Assembly: GCA_030672305.1 (NCBI GenBank)
Contig: DAOVGR010000039.1
Location: 2,651-66,650, forward strand
Direction: 5' to 3'
DNA: 64,000 nt
Source: Thermoplasmatales archaeon
GTDB taxonomy: Archaea > Thermoplasmatota > E2 > DHVEG-1
Shown here piece after piece: positions 9,358 to 19,129 of the stretch. A program made the position numbers and the translations under genes. The notes under the pieces were generated by a model that saw only the letters and a program-made list of their open reading frames with translations, did no database searches and was not told where the DNA came from. Position 1 is the first letter of the stretch. Every line of letters starts with the position of its first letter.

Positions 9358-10824
9358 ATGAAAAACTTCCATGTTGCAATTATTGGAGCAGGTGTAATTG
9401 GCTCATCAATTGCATGGGAGTTATCAAAATATAAGCTAGATGTTGTTGTTTTTGAGAAAGGAAGTGACGTTGCTACAGGTACAAGTAAAGCTAATAGTGG
9501 TGTTATTCATAGTGGAATTAATTCTCCATCATCTTCCTTAAAAGCTCGTTTTTGTGTTGAAGGCAACAAGATGCTTCAACCATTGGCAGATTCATTAGGT
9601 TTTTCACTTAAATGGGTTGGAAAATTTGTAATTGCAAAAAATGAAGATGAAGCAAAAGAACTTAATCAAATTAAAAAAGTTGGTCAAGAGAATGGAGTTC
9701 CTGGTTTAGAAATTAAAGATGAGAAAGATGTTAAAGCACTAGAGCCTAATGTACCATGCTACAAGGCTTTATGGGTACCAACTGCAGGCATAATTTTACC
9801 ATATGAATTTACTATAGCATTTGCTGAAAACGCTGCTATTAATAATGTTAATTTTTTACTTGAAACAGAGGTTATGGACCTACAAAAAAAAGAAAATAAT
9901 TTTGTAATAAAAACTAACAAGGGAAAATTTCAGTCAAAAATATTAGTAAATGCAGCAGGATTAAATTGCAGAGAGATAGTATCAATGTTACAAGAACCAG
10001 ATTTTAATGTTCATCCTTGTAGGGGAGAGTATCTTGTTTTAGATAAAGCCTATAGCCATCTAGTAAAATCTATGATTTATCCTATTCCTCCAAAAGAACT
10101 AGGAGTTTTAGGTGTTCATATAACACCAACAATTGAAGGTAATATCCTTCTTGGCCCAAGTGCTGAGTTTATTAATGACTCTGATGAAAAAAGAACAACA
10201 TTAAAAATGATGAAAACCTTGCTAAGAGAAGCAAAAGATATTATTCCAATATTTCCTGAAAAGGCAGTTATAAATGCTTATTCAGGAATTAGGTGTAAAC
10301 TTGCCTCACCAAATGAGGGAGGATGGACAGATTACATAATTGAAGAAAGCAAACAAACACCTGATTTGATAAACCTTTTAGGGATTGAATCCCCTGGTCT
10401 AACTGCTGCCCCAGCTGTTTCAAAAGAAGTAGTCAAAATGATTTCAAAGTCTATTAAGATGAAGACTAAAACTGATTTTAAAACTAAAAAAATTAAAAAT
10501 AACCGTTTTTCTGAAATGAGTTCAAAGGAAAAATCTGATTTAATTAAAAAAGACCAAAGATGGGGAAGGGTTGTTTGCAGATGTGAACATATTACAGAAG
10601 CTGAAATATTCAACGCTTTATCTAATCCTTTAAAATCACAAACCCTCTCATCTGTTAAGTACCGTTGTAGAGCTGGAATGGGAAGATGTCAGGGGGGATT
10701 TTGCACTCAACATATTGTAAGAATTATGGGAGAAGATTTTAATATCGATGTTAAAAAAATGAAATTAAAATCTTCTAATTCTAATCTTTTTTATGGTAAA
10801 ACACGGGAGATTGACAATGATTAA
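9358..10824 (+). CDS. FAD-dependent dehydrogenase, GlpA-like, with C-terminal BFD-type [2Fe-2S] domain
   Basis: FAD fingerprint VAIIGAGVIGSSIAWEL. C-terminal CRCEHITEAEI...CRAGMGRCQGGFC. The ATG at 9358 is preceded by GGAAGG (the track ORF starts at a TTG at 9340). Size resembles the archaeal/Thermotoga-type anaerobic G3P dehydrogenase large subunit. Confidence 0.75.
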   Translation: MKNFHVAIIGAGVIGSSIAWELSKYKLDVVVFEKGSDVATGTSKANSGVIHSGINSPSSSLKARFCVEGNKMLQPLADSLGFSLKWVGKFVIAKNEDEAKELNQIKKVGQENGVPGLEIKDEKDVKALEPNVPCYKALWVPTAGIILPYEFTIAFAENAAINNVNFLLETEVMDLQKKENNFVIKTNKGKFQSKILVNAAGLNCREIVSMLQEPDFNVHPCRGEYLVLDKAYSHLVKSMIYPIPPKELGVLGVHITPTIEGNILLGPSAEFINDSDEKRTTLKMMKTLLREAKDIIPIFPEKAVINAYSGIRCKLASPNEGGWTDYIIEESKQTPDLINLLGIESPGLTAAPAVSKEVVKMISKSIKMKTKTDFKTKKIKNNRFSEMSSKEKSDLIKKDQRWGRVVCRCEHITEAEIFNALSNPLKSQTLSSVKYRCRAGMGRCQGGFCTQHIVRIMGEDFNIDVKKMKLKSSNSNLFYGKTREIDND

Positions 10825-12067
10825 TCTTAATGTTGATGTAGCAGTTATTGGGGCTGGACCAGCAGGTTTAGCTGCTGCTATTTCAGCACTTGAAAATGGT
10901 GCAGAAGATGTAACAGTTTTAGATAGAAATAGTTGGTTAGGAGGCATTTTACCACAGTGTATACATGATGGCTTTGGAGTCGAGGAAATTGGAACTTCTA
11001 TGACTGGACCTGAGTATGCTGAGATGTATATTGAGACTGCTGAAAAATTAGGCATTAATTTCTTATGTAAGACTATGGTTTTGCAGATTTTTAAAAATCG
11101 TGAAATCATAGCAATTAACAATAGAGGATTACATAAAATCAAAGCAAAATCTATAGTTCTTGCAATGGGATGTCGAGAAAAGACAAGATGGGATGTTATG
11201 ATACCTGGTGATCGCCCTAGTGGTATCTATACTGCAGGTGTTGCTCAAAGTTTCATTAATCTATACAACATTATGGTTGGAAAAAATGTAGTTATTTTAG
11301 GATCTGGAGATGTAGGCCTTATTGTAGCACGCCGTTTAAAGTTTGAAGGTGCAAACGTTCTAGGAATAATTGAAATATTGCCCTATGCTAGTGGTCTTCC
11401 AAGAAATGTTGTTCAATGTCTTGATGATTATGATATTCCTCTTTATCTTAATCATACTGTAACCTACATAAAGGGTAAGGAAAGACTTGAGAGCGTTACT
11501 ATTTCGCAAGTAAATGAAAAAATGGTCATTACTCCTAGAACTGAAAAAGAAATAAAATGTGATACTCTTCTACTATCGCTTGGCTTGATTCCTGAAAATG
11601 AGTTATCTAAACAAGTTGATATTGAAATCGATAGGTTAACAGGGGGACCAATTGTTAATCAATTTTTTGAAACCACAATTTCAGGAATATTTGCCTGTGG
11701 AAACTGTCTTCTAGTTTATGATACAGTGGATATTTTATCAATAGGTGCTAAACATGCTGGTAAATATGCAGCTAAACATGTTATCGGACAAAAAGATAAG
11801 GTCAATGATTATGTTAAAGTCACAGCTGGTAAAGAAATTCGATATGTTATTCCTCAACGGATTAATAAACCAGGAAAAGTACATTTTAGTTTAAGAGTTG
11901 AAAATCCTAGGGAATCAGCAATACTTCGTATTTTTGCAGGGGATGTTGAGCTTTTAAAGAAAAAATTACCATGGGCATATCCTGCAAATATGATTGAATT
12001 TGAGATTAACATCCAAGAAGAGATAATAACGTCTAATAAAGACTTGGAGGTAACCCTTGATGACTGA
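10817..12067 (+). CDS. pyridine nucleotide-disulfide oxidoreductase (NOX/GlpB-like partner subunit)
   Basis: Two Rossmann fingerprints (VAVIGAGPAGLAAA; VVILGSGDVGLIVA). The ATG at 10817 overlaps the upstream stop by 8 nt (ATGATTAA), indicating translational coupling. Confidence 0.72.
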   Translation: MINLNVDVAVIGAGPAGLAAAISALENGAEDVTVLDRNSWLGGILPQCIHDGFGVEEIGTSMTGPEYAEMYIETAEKLGINFLCKTMVLQIFKNREIIAINNRGLHKIKAKSIVLAMGCREKTRWDVMIPGDRPSGIYTAGVAQSFINLYNIMVGKNVVILGSGDVGLIVARRLKFEGANVLGIIEILPYASGLPRNVVQCLDDYDIPLYLNHTVTYIKGKERLESVTISQVNEKMVITPRTEKEIKCDTLLLSLGLIPENELSKQVDIEIDRLTGGPIVNQFFETTISGIFACGNCLLVYDTVDILSIGAKHAGKYAAKHVIGQKDKVNDYVKVTAGKEIRYVIPQRINKPGKVHFSLRVENPRESAILRIFAGDVELLKKKLPWAYPANMIEFEINIQEEIITSNKDLEVTLDD

Positions 12068-12428
12068 TGAAAAAGTTATTACATGTATTGTTTGCCCAAT
12101 TGGTTGTAAGATATCTTTTAATACAGATGGTAAGCATTTTAAAATTAGTAATGGAAATAAGTGTATTAAAGGAGTTGAATATGCAAGAGCCGAAGCCCTT
12201 GATCCTAGAAGAATGCTTACCAGCTCAGTTCTTGTAATAAATGGTGAATGGCCACTTGCCAGTGTGAAAAGTTCTAAACCGGTTCCCAAAAATAAATTAT
12301 TTCAAGTTTTGAAACATATAACGCAAGCAAAAGTTGATGCACCTGTAACACTTGGACAAAATATTCTAAAAAACGTAGCAAATACTGGAATTAATATTAT
12401 TGCAACTAAATCGGTTAGAAGGTTGTAA
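12057..12428 (+). CDS. DUF1667-type small Cys-rich subunit
   Basis: 123 aa with an N-terminal ITCIVCPIGCKI motif. It overlaps the upstream gene end and is the third member of the Glp-like trio. Confidence 0.7.
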   Translation: MMTDEKVITCIVCPIGCKISFNTDGKHFKISNGNKCIKGVEYARAEALDPRRMLTSSVLVINGEWPLASVKSSKPVPKNKLFQVLKHITQAKVDAPVTLGQNILKNVANTGINIIATKSVRRL

Positions 12429-12535
12429 AAGTAAGATTTTTTTATCCGATTTTTAGGAGATTTTATATATAGATATAAGATACAAAACTTGTAAAACTAT
12501 ATATAATTAACACATGTTAATTGGAAGTGGTGTCT

Positions 12536-13063
12536 ATGGGTATCGTAGATTTGACTTCTATGGGGGAGTCACAGGTTAAACTTAGAAACGAAATAAACGA
12601 AAGATTATCGAGACTACAAGATGAAATATCTGATTATTGTTATCAGTGTGCTAAGTGTACATCAGGTTGTGAAGCACATAAATTACTTGAGCTTGAGCCA
12701 CATAAAATTGTTGCTCTGCTAAAAAGAGGACTTATAGATGAGATGATTAATTCTGATGTCATCTGGACTTGTATGAGCTGTTTTAAATGTCGTGAACGTT
12801 GTCCACAAAAAGTTGCTCCTGTTGAAATTTTATTTGCACTAAAAAACATGGCTGTTGCAAGTGGTAAACAGATACCTGGAAATTATACAGCCATGCTCCA
12901 GTCTGTTTTATCTATCGGTCTTATTCAAGATGTAAAAAGTATTACCACTCGTGATAATAAAACAAAAAGTAGATCAGATCTTGATCTTCCTGAAATTTCA
13001 AAACCAACTGATTCGACAAAATTTCAGATGATACTTTCAAAACTTGCAGTTGAAAAGGTTTAA
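12536..13063 (+). CDS. hdrC: heterodisulfide reductase subunit C-like
   Basis: Two ferredoxin-type clusters, CYQCAKCTSGC and CMSCFKCRERCP. The ATG at 12536 is in frame within the track ORF. Confidence 0.85.
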   Translation: MGIVDLTSMGESQVKLRNEINERLSRLQDEISDYCYQCAKCTSGCEAHKLLELEPHKIVALLKRGLIDEMINSDVIWTCMSCFKCRERCPQKVAPVEILFALKNMAVASGKQIPGNYTAMLQSVLSIGLIQDVKSITTRDNKTKSRSDLDLPEISKPTDSTKFQMILSKLAVEKV

Positions 13064-13077
13064 GGGAGGTTTTTTTT

Positions 13078-13950
13078 ATGAAAAGTTACGTGCTGTATCC
13101 CGGTTGTGTGATGCCAACAGAACAATATGCATATGAAATGTCAATTCGTGAGGTTTTACCACTTCTAGAAATAAAGCTTGTTGATCTAAAAGATTTTTCT
13201 TGTTGTGGAGAACCTATAAAAAGTGTTAATCAAATGCTATCACTTGCACTATCTGCAAGAAATATTGCACTTGCTGAAAAAGAAGGTCTTGATATTTTTG
13301 CTCCATGTCCAATGTGTCATTTAGCTCTTAGTGAAAGTAAACGAATTCTTGATTCAGATCCCGCTATGAATGAAAAAATAAACAAGTTTCTTGCAGACGA
13401 AGGATTAACATATATGGGTAAATCTGTTATTGTCAATACTCTTGACCTTTTACACGACATTGTTGGTGTTGAGAATATAAAGAAACTTGCAAAGAAACCC
13501 TTAAACGAACTTAAAGTTGCAACCCATTATGGATGTCATTTGATTAGGCCAAGTGAAATTGGTCGACCAGATGACTCTGAAAATCCACAAAAAATGGAAA
13601 AAATCCTTGAAGCAATTGGTGCAAAACCCCTTGATTATCCAGAAAAACTTGATTGCTGTGGTGGATTATTAACAGCAAACCTTCCTGAATCAGCTCTTAC
13701 TAAAACTGGTCAGAAACTTCAAAAAGTTCAGGAACAAGGTTTTGATGCTTTTATTGATACTTGTCCTTGGTGCCATCGTCAATACGATTCCAAGCAAACA
13801 AAAGCAGGCGAAACTGTTGCTGCAAAACTAGAAGTTCCTGTATTTTATCTTACACAACTTCTTGGACTTTCTTTTGGTATTTCAAGTGATAAACTTGGCC
13901 TTGATTTAAATCTAAGTCCTGTTGATAAACTAAATCTTGGAGGTAAATAA
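13078..13950 (+). CDS. hdrB: heterodisulfide reductase subunit B-like
   Basis: Two CCG domains (FSCCGEP...CPMC; LDCCGGLL...CPWC). An SD-like GGGAGG lies upstream. Confidence 0.88.
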   Translation: MKSYVLYPGCVMPTEQYAYEMSIREVLPLLEIKLVDLKDFSCCGEPIKSVNQMLSLALSARNIALAEKEGLDIFAPCPMCHLALSESKRILDSDPAMNEKINKFLADEGLTYMGKSVIVNTLDLLHDIVGVENIKKLAKKPLNELKVATHYGCHLIRPSEIGRPDDSENPQKMEKILEAIGAKPLDYPEKLDCCGGLLTANLPESALTKTGQKLQKVQEQGFDAFIDTCPWCHRQYDSKQTKAGETVAAKLEVPVFYLTQLLGLSFGISSDKLGLDLNLSPVDKLNLGGK

Positions 13951-13951
13951 T

Positions 13952-15919
13952 ATGAGCAACAAAATTGGTTTTTTTGTATGCCATTGCGGTATTAATATCT
14001 CCTCCACAGTTGACATAAAAGAACTTATGGAATATGCAAAAACATTAGATGGAGTTGTAATAAGTAAAGATTACAAGTATATGTGTTCTGATGTTGGTGC
14101 TAATCTTATTAAGGACTCGATTAAAAAACATAACCTGGATAGTGTTGTTATCGCATGTTGTTCACCACGTATGCATGAACATACCTTTAGAGGTGTTGTG
14201 GAAGCAGGTGGAGTGAATGCCTTTAACCTTGAGATAGCAAATATTAGAGAACAATGTTCTTGGGCTCATGAGAATAAAAACCTTGCAACTGAAAAAGCAA
14301 AAGCCTTAGTTCGTGGTGCTGTTGCTAAGGCAAAACTTTTAGAATCCCTTGAAACCTCAAAAATAAAAGTCACACCTAAAGCTCTAGTAATAGGTGGTGG
14401 TATTGCAGGTATTCAAGCAGCACTTGATATTGCAGAAGAAGGTCACAAAGTATATCTTGTTGAAAAATCACCTAGCATTGGTGGGCGGATGGCTCAGCTT
14501 GATAAGACTTTCCCAACTCTTGATTGTTCAAGTTGTATATTAACACCAAAGATGATGGAAGTTGCAAATCATCCTAATATTGAGCTTTTATCTTATTCTG
14601 AAGTTATTGGAATTGAAGGAAGTATTGGTAATTATAATGTGAAGGTAAAAAAGAAGGCTAGATTTGTTGACATGGATAAATGTACTGGTTGTGGAGATTG
14701 CATGGTAGCATGTAGGCTCAAGGATAGGATTTCAAGTGAGTTTGATGAAGGAATAGGTAAACGTAGTGCAATCTACATGCCTTTTCCACAGGCGGTCCCA
14801 CTAAAGTGTACAATTGATGCTGAAAATTGCCTGTTGCTTACTCGTGGAAAATGTGGAACAGGGCCTCTCTGTGTTGAAGCTTGTGACGCAGATGCAATAG
14901 ATTTCAAACAAAAGGATGAGGAAGTTGAACTAAATGTTGGTGTAATAGTTGTAGCAACTGGCTATGACCTGCTTGATCCGACTAGTTTGCATGAATATGG
15001 TTATTCTCGTTCAGATGACGTGATTACAACCCTTGAAATGGAAAGATTGATTAGTTCATCTGGACCGACTACCGGAGAGATTATTCGTCCATCAAATGGG
15101 GAAAAACCAAAAAGTATCACATATGTTTTATGTGTTGGCTCTCGTGATGAAACAGAATGTACATGGTGTTGTCGTATAGGTTGTATGAGCGCACTTAAAC
15201 ATGTATATTTACTTAAAGAGAAATTAGGAGAGGATATTGAAATTAATATTTGTTACACTGACATTCGCAGTTTTGGTAAAGGTTACGAAGAATTTTACAG
15301 AAAGATACGTGGAATGAAAACAAACTTTTTCCGAGGTCGACCATCAGAGGTTAGAAAATCAGGAGATCATCTTACAATTGATATTTTTGATACTACAACA
15401 AATAAATTATTTGAGATAAAAACCGATCTTGTTGTCCTTGCACCTGCTCTTGTATCAAGAGCAGATGCAACAGATTTTACTCGCATTCTTAGAATTTCAC
15501 AAAGTATTGATGGATTCTTTTTGGAAGCTCATCCAAAACTAAGACCAATTGATACCTTTACTGGCGGTGTTTTTATTGCTGGTTGTTGCCAATCTCCAAA
15601 AGATATTCAGGATTCTGTTGCACAAGCCAGTGGTGCGGCTGCACGTGCGGCAAATATTTTATCTAAAAAGGAACTAGAAGCTGAACCACTTATTTCCTAT
15701 GTTGATGAAGATTTATGTTCAGGTTGCAGTACCTGTTTATCTGTATGTGCATACAATGCAATTGAGCTTGTTAAGGATGGTGACAAATCACAAGCAAAGG
15801 TAAACGAAGCTCTGTGCATGGGCTGTGGTTTATGTGTTGTCACTTGCCCGTCAGGGGCGATGCAACAACATGGTTATAAAGATAAACAGTTAAGACCAAT
15901 GATTGAAGAAACTGTCTAA
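13952..15919 (+). CDS. hdrA: heterodisulfide reductase subunit A-like flavoprotein
   Basis: N-terminal FVCHCG cluster, FAD fingerprint LVIGGGIAGIQAA, and ferredoxin motifs CTGCGDCMVAC and CSGCSTCLSVC...CMGCGLCVVTCP. About 655 aa. Confidence 0.9.
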   Translation: MSNKIGFFVCHCGINISSTVDIKELMEYAKTLDGVVISKDYKYMCSDVGANLIKDSIKKHNLDSVVIACCSPRMHEHTFRGVVEAGGVNAFNLEIANIREQCSWAHENKNLATEKAKALVRGAVAKAKLLESLETSKIKVTPKALVIGGGIAGIQAALDIAEEGHKVYLVEKSPSIGGRMAQLDKTFPTLDCSSCILTPKMMEVANHPNIELLSYSEVIGIEGSIGNYNVKVKKKARFVDMDKCTGCGDCMVACRLKDRISSEFDEGIGKRSAIYMPFPQAVPLKCTIDAENCLLLTRGKCGTGPLCVEACDADAIDFKQKDEEVELNVGVIVVATGYDLLDPTSLHEYGYSRSDDVITTLEMERLISSSGPTTGEIIRPSNGEKPKSITYVLCVGSRDETECTWCCRIGCMSALKHVYLLKEKLGEDIEINICYTDIRSFGKGYEEFYRKIRGMKTNFFRGRPSEVRKSGDHLTIDIFDTTTNKLFEIKTDLVVLAPALVSRADATDFTRILRISQSIDGFFLEAHPKLRPIDTFTGGVFIAGCCQSPKDIQDSVAQASGAAARAANILSKKELEAEPLISYVDEDLCSGCSTCLSVCAYNAIELVKDGDKSQAKVNEALCMGCGLCVVTCPSGAMQQHGYKDKQLRPMIEETV

Positions 15920-15957
15920 AACATAGATTTAAATTCAAATTAATATATTGATAAACA

Positions 15958-16950
15958 ATGAAAGATACAAAAACACTTCTTTCAGATTATTTTGGAATTT
16001 TAAAAGAAAAAAGAAATGCAAAATATCTAGGTTGTAAACGAGCCCCTGTTAATTTTAATAGTACAGAATCAACAGATAATTTATGGAAAAAACATGACGA
16101 GTCAATAAAAAGCTTCAAAATTGAAAATATTGAACCTAAACAATCTTTATTAAAATTGAAAATAGAACTTGCATCAAGGATTTTTAAGAATTGCTCGTTT
16201 TGTGAAAGAAGATGTAATGTAGATAGATCTAAAAAATATGGAAATTGTGGTGTAAAACAACCTAGGATTTCCTCTGAATTTTTGCATACTGGTGAAGAAA
16301 GAGTTCTAGTTCCTTCTCATACAATCTTTTTCTCAGGTTGCACATTTCATTGTGTTTTCTGTCAGAACTGGGATATAAGCCAGGATACTTGCGGAATTTA
16401 TCTTGAACCAGAAAAATTAATAGATATTATTCACAAAAGAAACTTGCAGGGATCAAGAAATGTAAATTGGGTTGGTGGCGATCCTACACCCAACCTTTTG
16501 TATATTTTAAAAGTCCTTGATAGTTGCAAAGAAAATATTCCTCAAATATGGAACTCAAATATGTATTGCTCTTATGATACAATGAAATTACTTAATGGTG
16601 TAATTGATTTGTATCTAACCGATTTTAAATATGGAAACGATGAATGCGCAATGCGTCTTTCAAAAGTAGATAATTATCTAGAAGTTGTAAAAAGAAACCA
16701 TAAAATTGCATATGAAAACTCTGAGATGATTATTAGACATCTTGTTATGCCTAATCATACAGATTGTTGTTCTAAGCCAATAATTAATTGGATTTCAGAA
16801 AACCTTCCTAATGCTTGTGTAAATATTATGGCTCAATATAGACCTGAATATCATGCTCTTGATTATGATGATATATCAAGACATGTTTCAATGGAAGAAT
16901 TTTCACAGGTAAAAGAGTATGCAGATAAATTAAAAATCCATCAAATATAA
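15958..16950 (+). CDS. radical SAM protein, PflX/PFL-activase-like
   Basis: Radical SAM CxxxCxxC motif (GCTFHCVFCQNWDIS), plus an upstream auxiliary Cys cluster (CSFCERRCN...GNCG). Confidence 0.8.
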   Translation: MKDTKTLLSDYFGILKEKRNAKYLGCKRAPVNFNSTESTDNLWKKHDESIKSFKIENIEPKQSLLKLKIELASRIFKNCSFCERRCNVDRSKKYGNCGVKQPRISSEFLHTGEERVLVPSHTIFFSGCTFHCVFCQNWDISQDTCGIYLEPEKLIDIIHKRNLQGSRNVNWVGGDPTPNLLYILKVLDSCKENIPQIWNSNMYCSYDTMKLLNGVIDLYLTDFKYGNDECAMRLSKVDNYLEVVKRNHKIAYENSEMIIRHLVMPNHTDCCSKPIINWISENLPNACVNIMAQYRPEYHALDYDDISRHVSMEEFSQVKEYADKLKIHQI

Positions 16951-16957
16951 AATAAGC

Positions 16958-17104
16958 TTATTTCTTGAAATCCTTAATATTATTAAGTGTCTTTTTCCAA
17001 TCTAATATTTCTCTACATTTTCCACAATAACCATTATGCATTTCATAATCAAACATACGCATTCTTTGCCCACAATATTTACACTTATATTCTATTTCTT
17101 TCAT
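16958..17104 (-). CDS. small zinc-ribbon protein (below the ORF-track size cutoff)
   Basis: Hand translation of the minus strand gives MKEIEYKCKYCGQRMRMFDYEMHNGYCGKCREILDWKKTLNNIKDFKK (48 aa). It has paired CxxC...CxxC motifs and fills an otherwise empty 213-nt gap. Confidence 0.5.
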   Translation of the reverse strand: MKEIEYKCKYCGQRMRMFDYEMHNGYCGKCREILDWKKTLNNIKDFKK

Positions 17105-17163
17105 AATATATCTTTTACAAACACATTGAAAAATGAATAATCCTTTATTACCTTAATTGTAAA

Positions 17164-17784
17164 CTAAGGAATTTTTGAAAACTCTTCTAAATTTTTTACA
17201 AGAAGAGTCCTATTTGTCTTTTTTTGATTACCCAGAGTGTCGAAAGGTTTGTTACCATAATCATGACCAGGAAAAACAATTAAATTATCTGGTAGTGGTT
17301 TTATTTTTTCTTGAAGTGTTTTAAACATCTGCTCAAAACTTCCTCCAGGTAGATCCGTTCTTCCACAATCTCCAATAAATAGTGTATCACCTGTAAGAAT
17401 TGCTTCATTATCAACTATTATACATATTCCACCTTGAGTATGTCCTGGTGTTAAAATAAAATCAAGACTGACATCTCCGACTTTTAATTTGTCACTATCT
17501 GAAACATATATATTAACTTTAAAGCCTAAATTTTCCTCATCAGATTTTGAAGTTACAATTTTTAATGATGGAAATAATTCTTTTATTCGGCGAGTATCAC
17601 TTGTATGATCATTATGATAATGGGTTAAAATTATGTATTTTAATTTGAGATCCTTTGAAGTAATTAAATCTAATGCCTTAGTAGCATCGGAACTTGGATC
17701 AACAATTGCAGATTCTTTTTTGTTTGAACAATATATTACATAGCTAAAATTATCAAAACCTACTTTTAATTGTTCAACTGCCAT
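17164..17784 (-). CDS. metallo-beta-lactamase fold hydrolase (glyoxalase II-like)
   Basis: HYHNDH (HxHxDH) motif, a downstream GHTQG, and a DTLFIGDCGRTD block. Confidence 0.8.
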   Translation of the reverse strand: MAVEQLKVGFDNFSYVIYCSNKKESAIVDPSSDATKALDLITSKDLKLKYIILTHYHNDHTSDTRRIKELFPSLKIVTSKSDEENLGFKVNIYVSDSDKLKVGDVSLDFILTPGHTQGGICIIVDNEAILTGDTLFIGDCGRTDLPGGSFEQMFKTLQEKIKPLPDNLIVFPGHDYGNKPFDTLGNQKKTNRTLLVKNLEEFSKIP

Positions 17785-17822
17785 AATATGTCACCTTGTT
17801 ACTCAAGTTTTAATTTTCCTAA

Positions 17823-18437
17823 TCAAACTTCTTCAGTAGTTGCCTCTTCTTTTTTTGGAAAAATTGCATAGCGGACTGTTAATGATGCTCTTAGAATCCA
17901 TTCAACAATTACTATAAATAATATATATCTAGTAGCTATATTAACAAGTTCAGGTAATGAATTTATTTTATTTGTGACATCTTCTAGTATAAAATAAGAA
18001 GGACTGACTAGAAATATTCCAAGAAGAGCAAATGGCAACATTTTTGCGACATCTCTAGAAAGTTCTTCTGTATAATATGCGCAGATTCTAATAGCAATAA
18101 CTATTGCAAATGATGTTGATAGAACTAAATTAAGACTAATGTTTTTTGCCATAAATAACAGCATCATAGAAAATCCTAAAAAGAAAATTACTGCTATAAA
18201 TGGAAAAAGCAAGAAATATTTCAAGAAACCAACGATTTTTGTATGTTCACGTTGGCTTGATTTGAAACAATCCCTGCGTGCAATATATCTATAAAAATGA
18301 TATATTAATACTGAGTAAATAGCAATTAATAATGCTATATAAAATAGCGAAATTACTCCTGAAAAGTCTCCACCTAAAATCTTTTCAAATGAAAGATGAT
18401 CTGTAAGTTCAGATAATCCTTCATCAAATATACCCAT
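17823..18437 (-). CDS. integral membrane protein, unknown function
   Basis: 204 aa with about 5-6 hydrophobic helices. Confidence 0.45.
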   Translation of the reverse strand: MGIFDEGLSELTDHLSFEKILGGDFSGVISLFYIALLIAIYSVLIYHFYRYIARRDCFKSSQREHTKIVGFLKYFLLFPFIAVIFFLGFSMMLLFMAKNISLNLVLSTSFAIVIAIRICAYYTEELSRDVAKMLPFALLGIFLVSPSYFILEDVTNKINSLPELVNIATRYILFIVIVEWILRASLTVRYAIFPKKEEATTEEV

Positions 18438-18495
18438 CTTTATTCCTCCTTAGACACAAACTGATAATAATTATCTATTTATAAACCAATACGAT

Positions 18496-19086
18496 ATGTT
18501 TGATAAAATGGAAGTAAGAAGTGTGTCTTTTGATACATCATTTCTATTGCAGGATAAAATTACGATTGATAAAGTAATTAAAATGTTAGCACGTGATAAC
18601 ATTCTATGTTTTATCACTTCTACTGTTGTTTCTGAGCTAGAGCAACTTAGAGTTTGGGGTCGAATTTCAAAATCAGATTATAAACGTGCTTTGAAACGTT
18701 GGAAACAGTCTCACGCTACTGTGATTGATTTTAAAAATAGATTATTTTCAGATGCTTTTGGTAAATCTTGTATTCGATCAATGGAGAAGCATCATGGTGT
18801 AAAACCCGTTGATATTTCAAATGATTGTAATATTCTAGTTACAGCATTGAAGAATGGTGTTGATTTATTTCTATCTGAGGATTTTCATTTTACATCAAAA
18901 ATAACAAAAGAAGTCATTGATGAAGTAAAACATATTGCATGTTCAGAGTTTCATCAAATGTGTGATTCAAGGCTTTATAGTATAGATGCTTATACCTTTC
19001 TTAGAGCATATAATCAGGGAAAAGTAGATCTTAAAATAATTCAAACACATATGAAAACAATTAAAAAAGCTGGGAAGCGACTCTAA
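18496..19086 (+). CDS. PIN-domain protein (Fcf1/COG1412-like)
   Basis: Acidic residues at PIN-like spacing: SFDTSF, VVSELEQL, SNDCNILV, LSEDFHF. Confidence 0.55.
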   Translation: MFDKMEVRSVSFDTSFLLQDKITIDKVIKMLARDNILCFITSTVVSELEQLRVWGRISKSDYKRALKRWKQSHATVIDFKNRLFSDAFGKSCIRSMEKHHGVKPVDISNDCNILVTALKNGVDLFLSEDFHFTSKITKEVIDEVKHIACSEFHQMCDSRLYSIDAYTFLRAYNQGKVDLKIIQTHMKTIKKAGKRL

Positions 19087-19129
19087 AACAGGAAAGATTA
19101 TTAACAATTGTTAATTACATATTTTTAAA

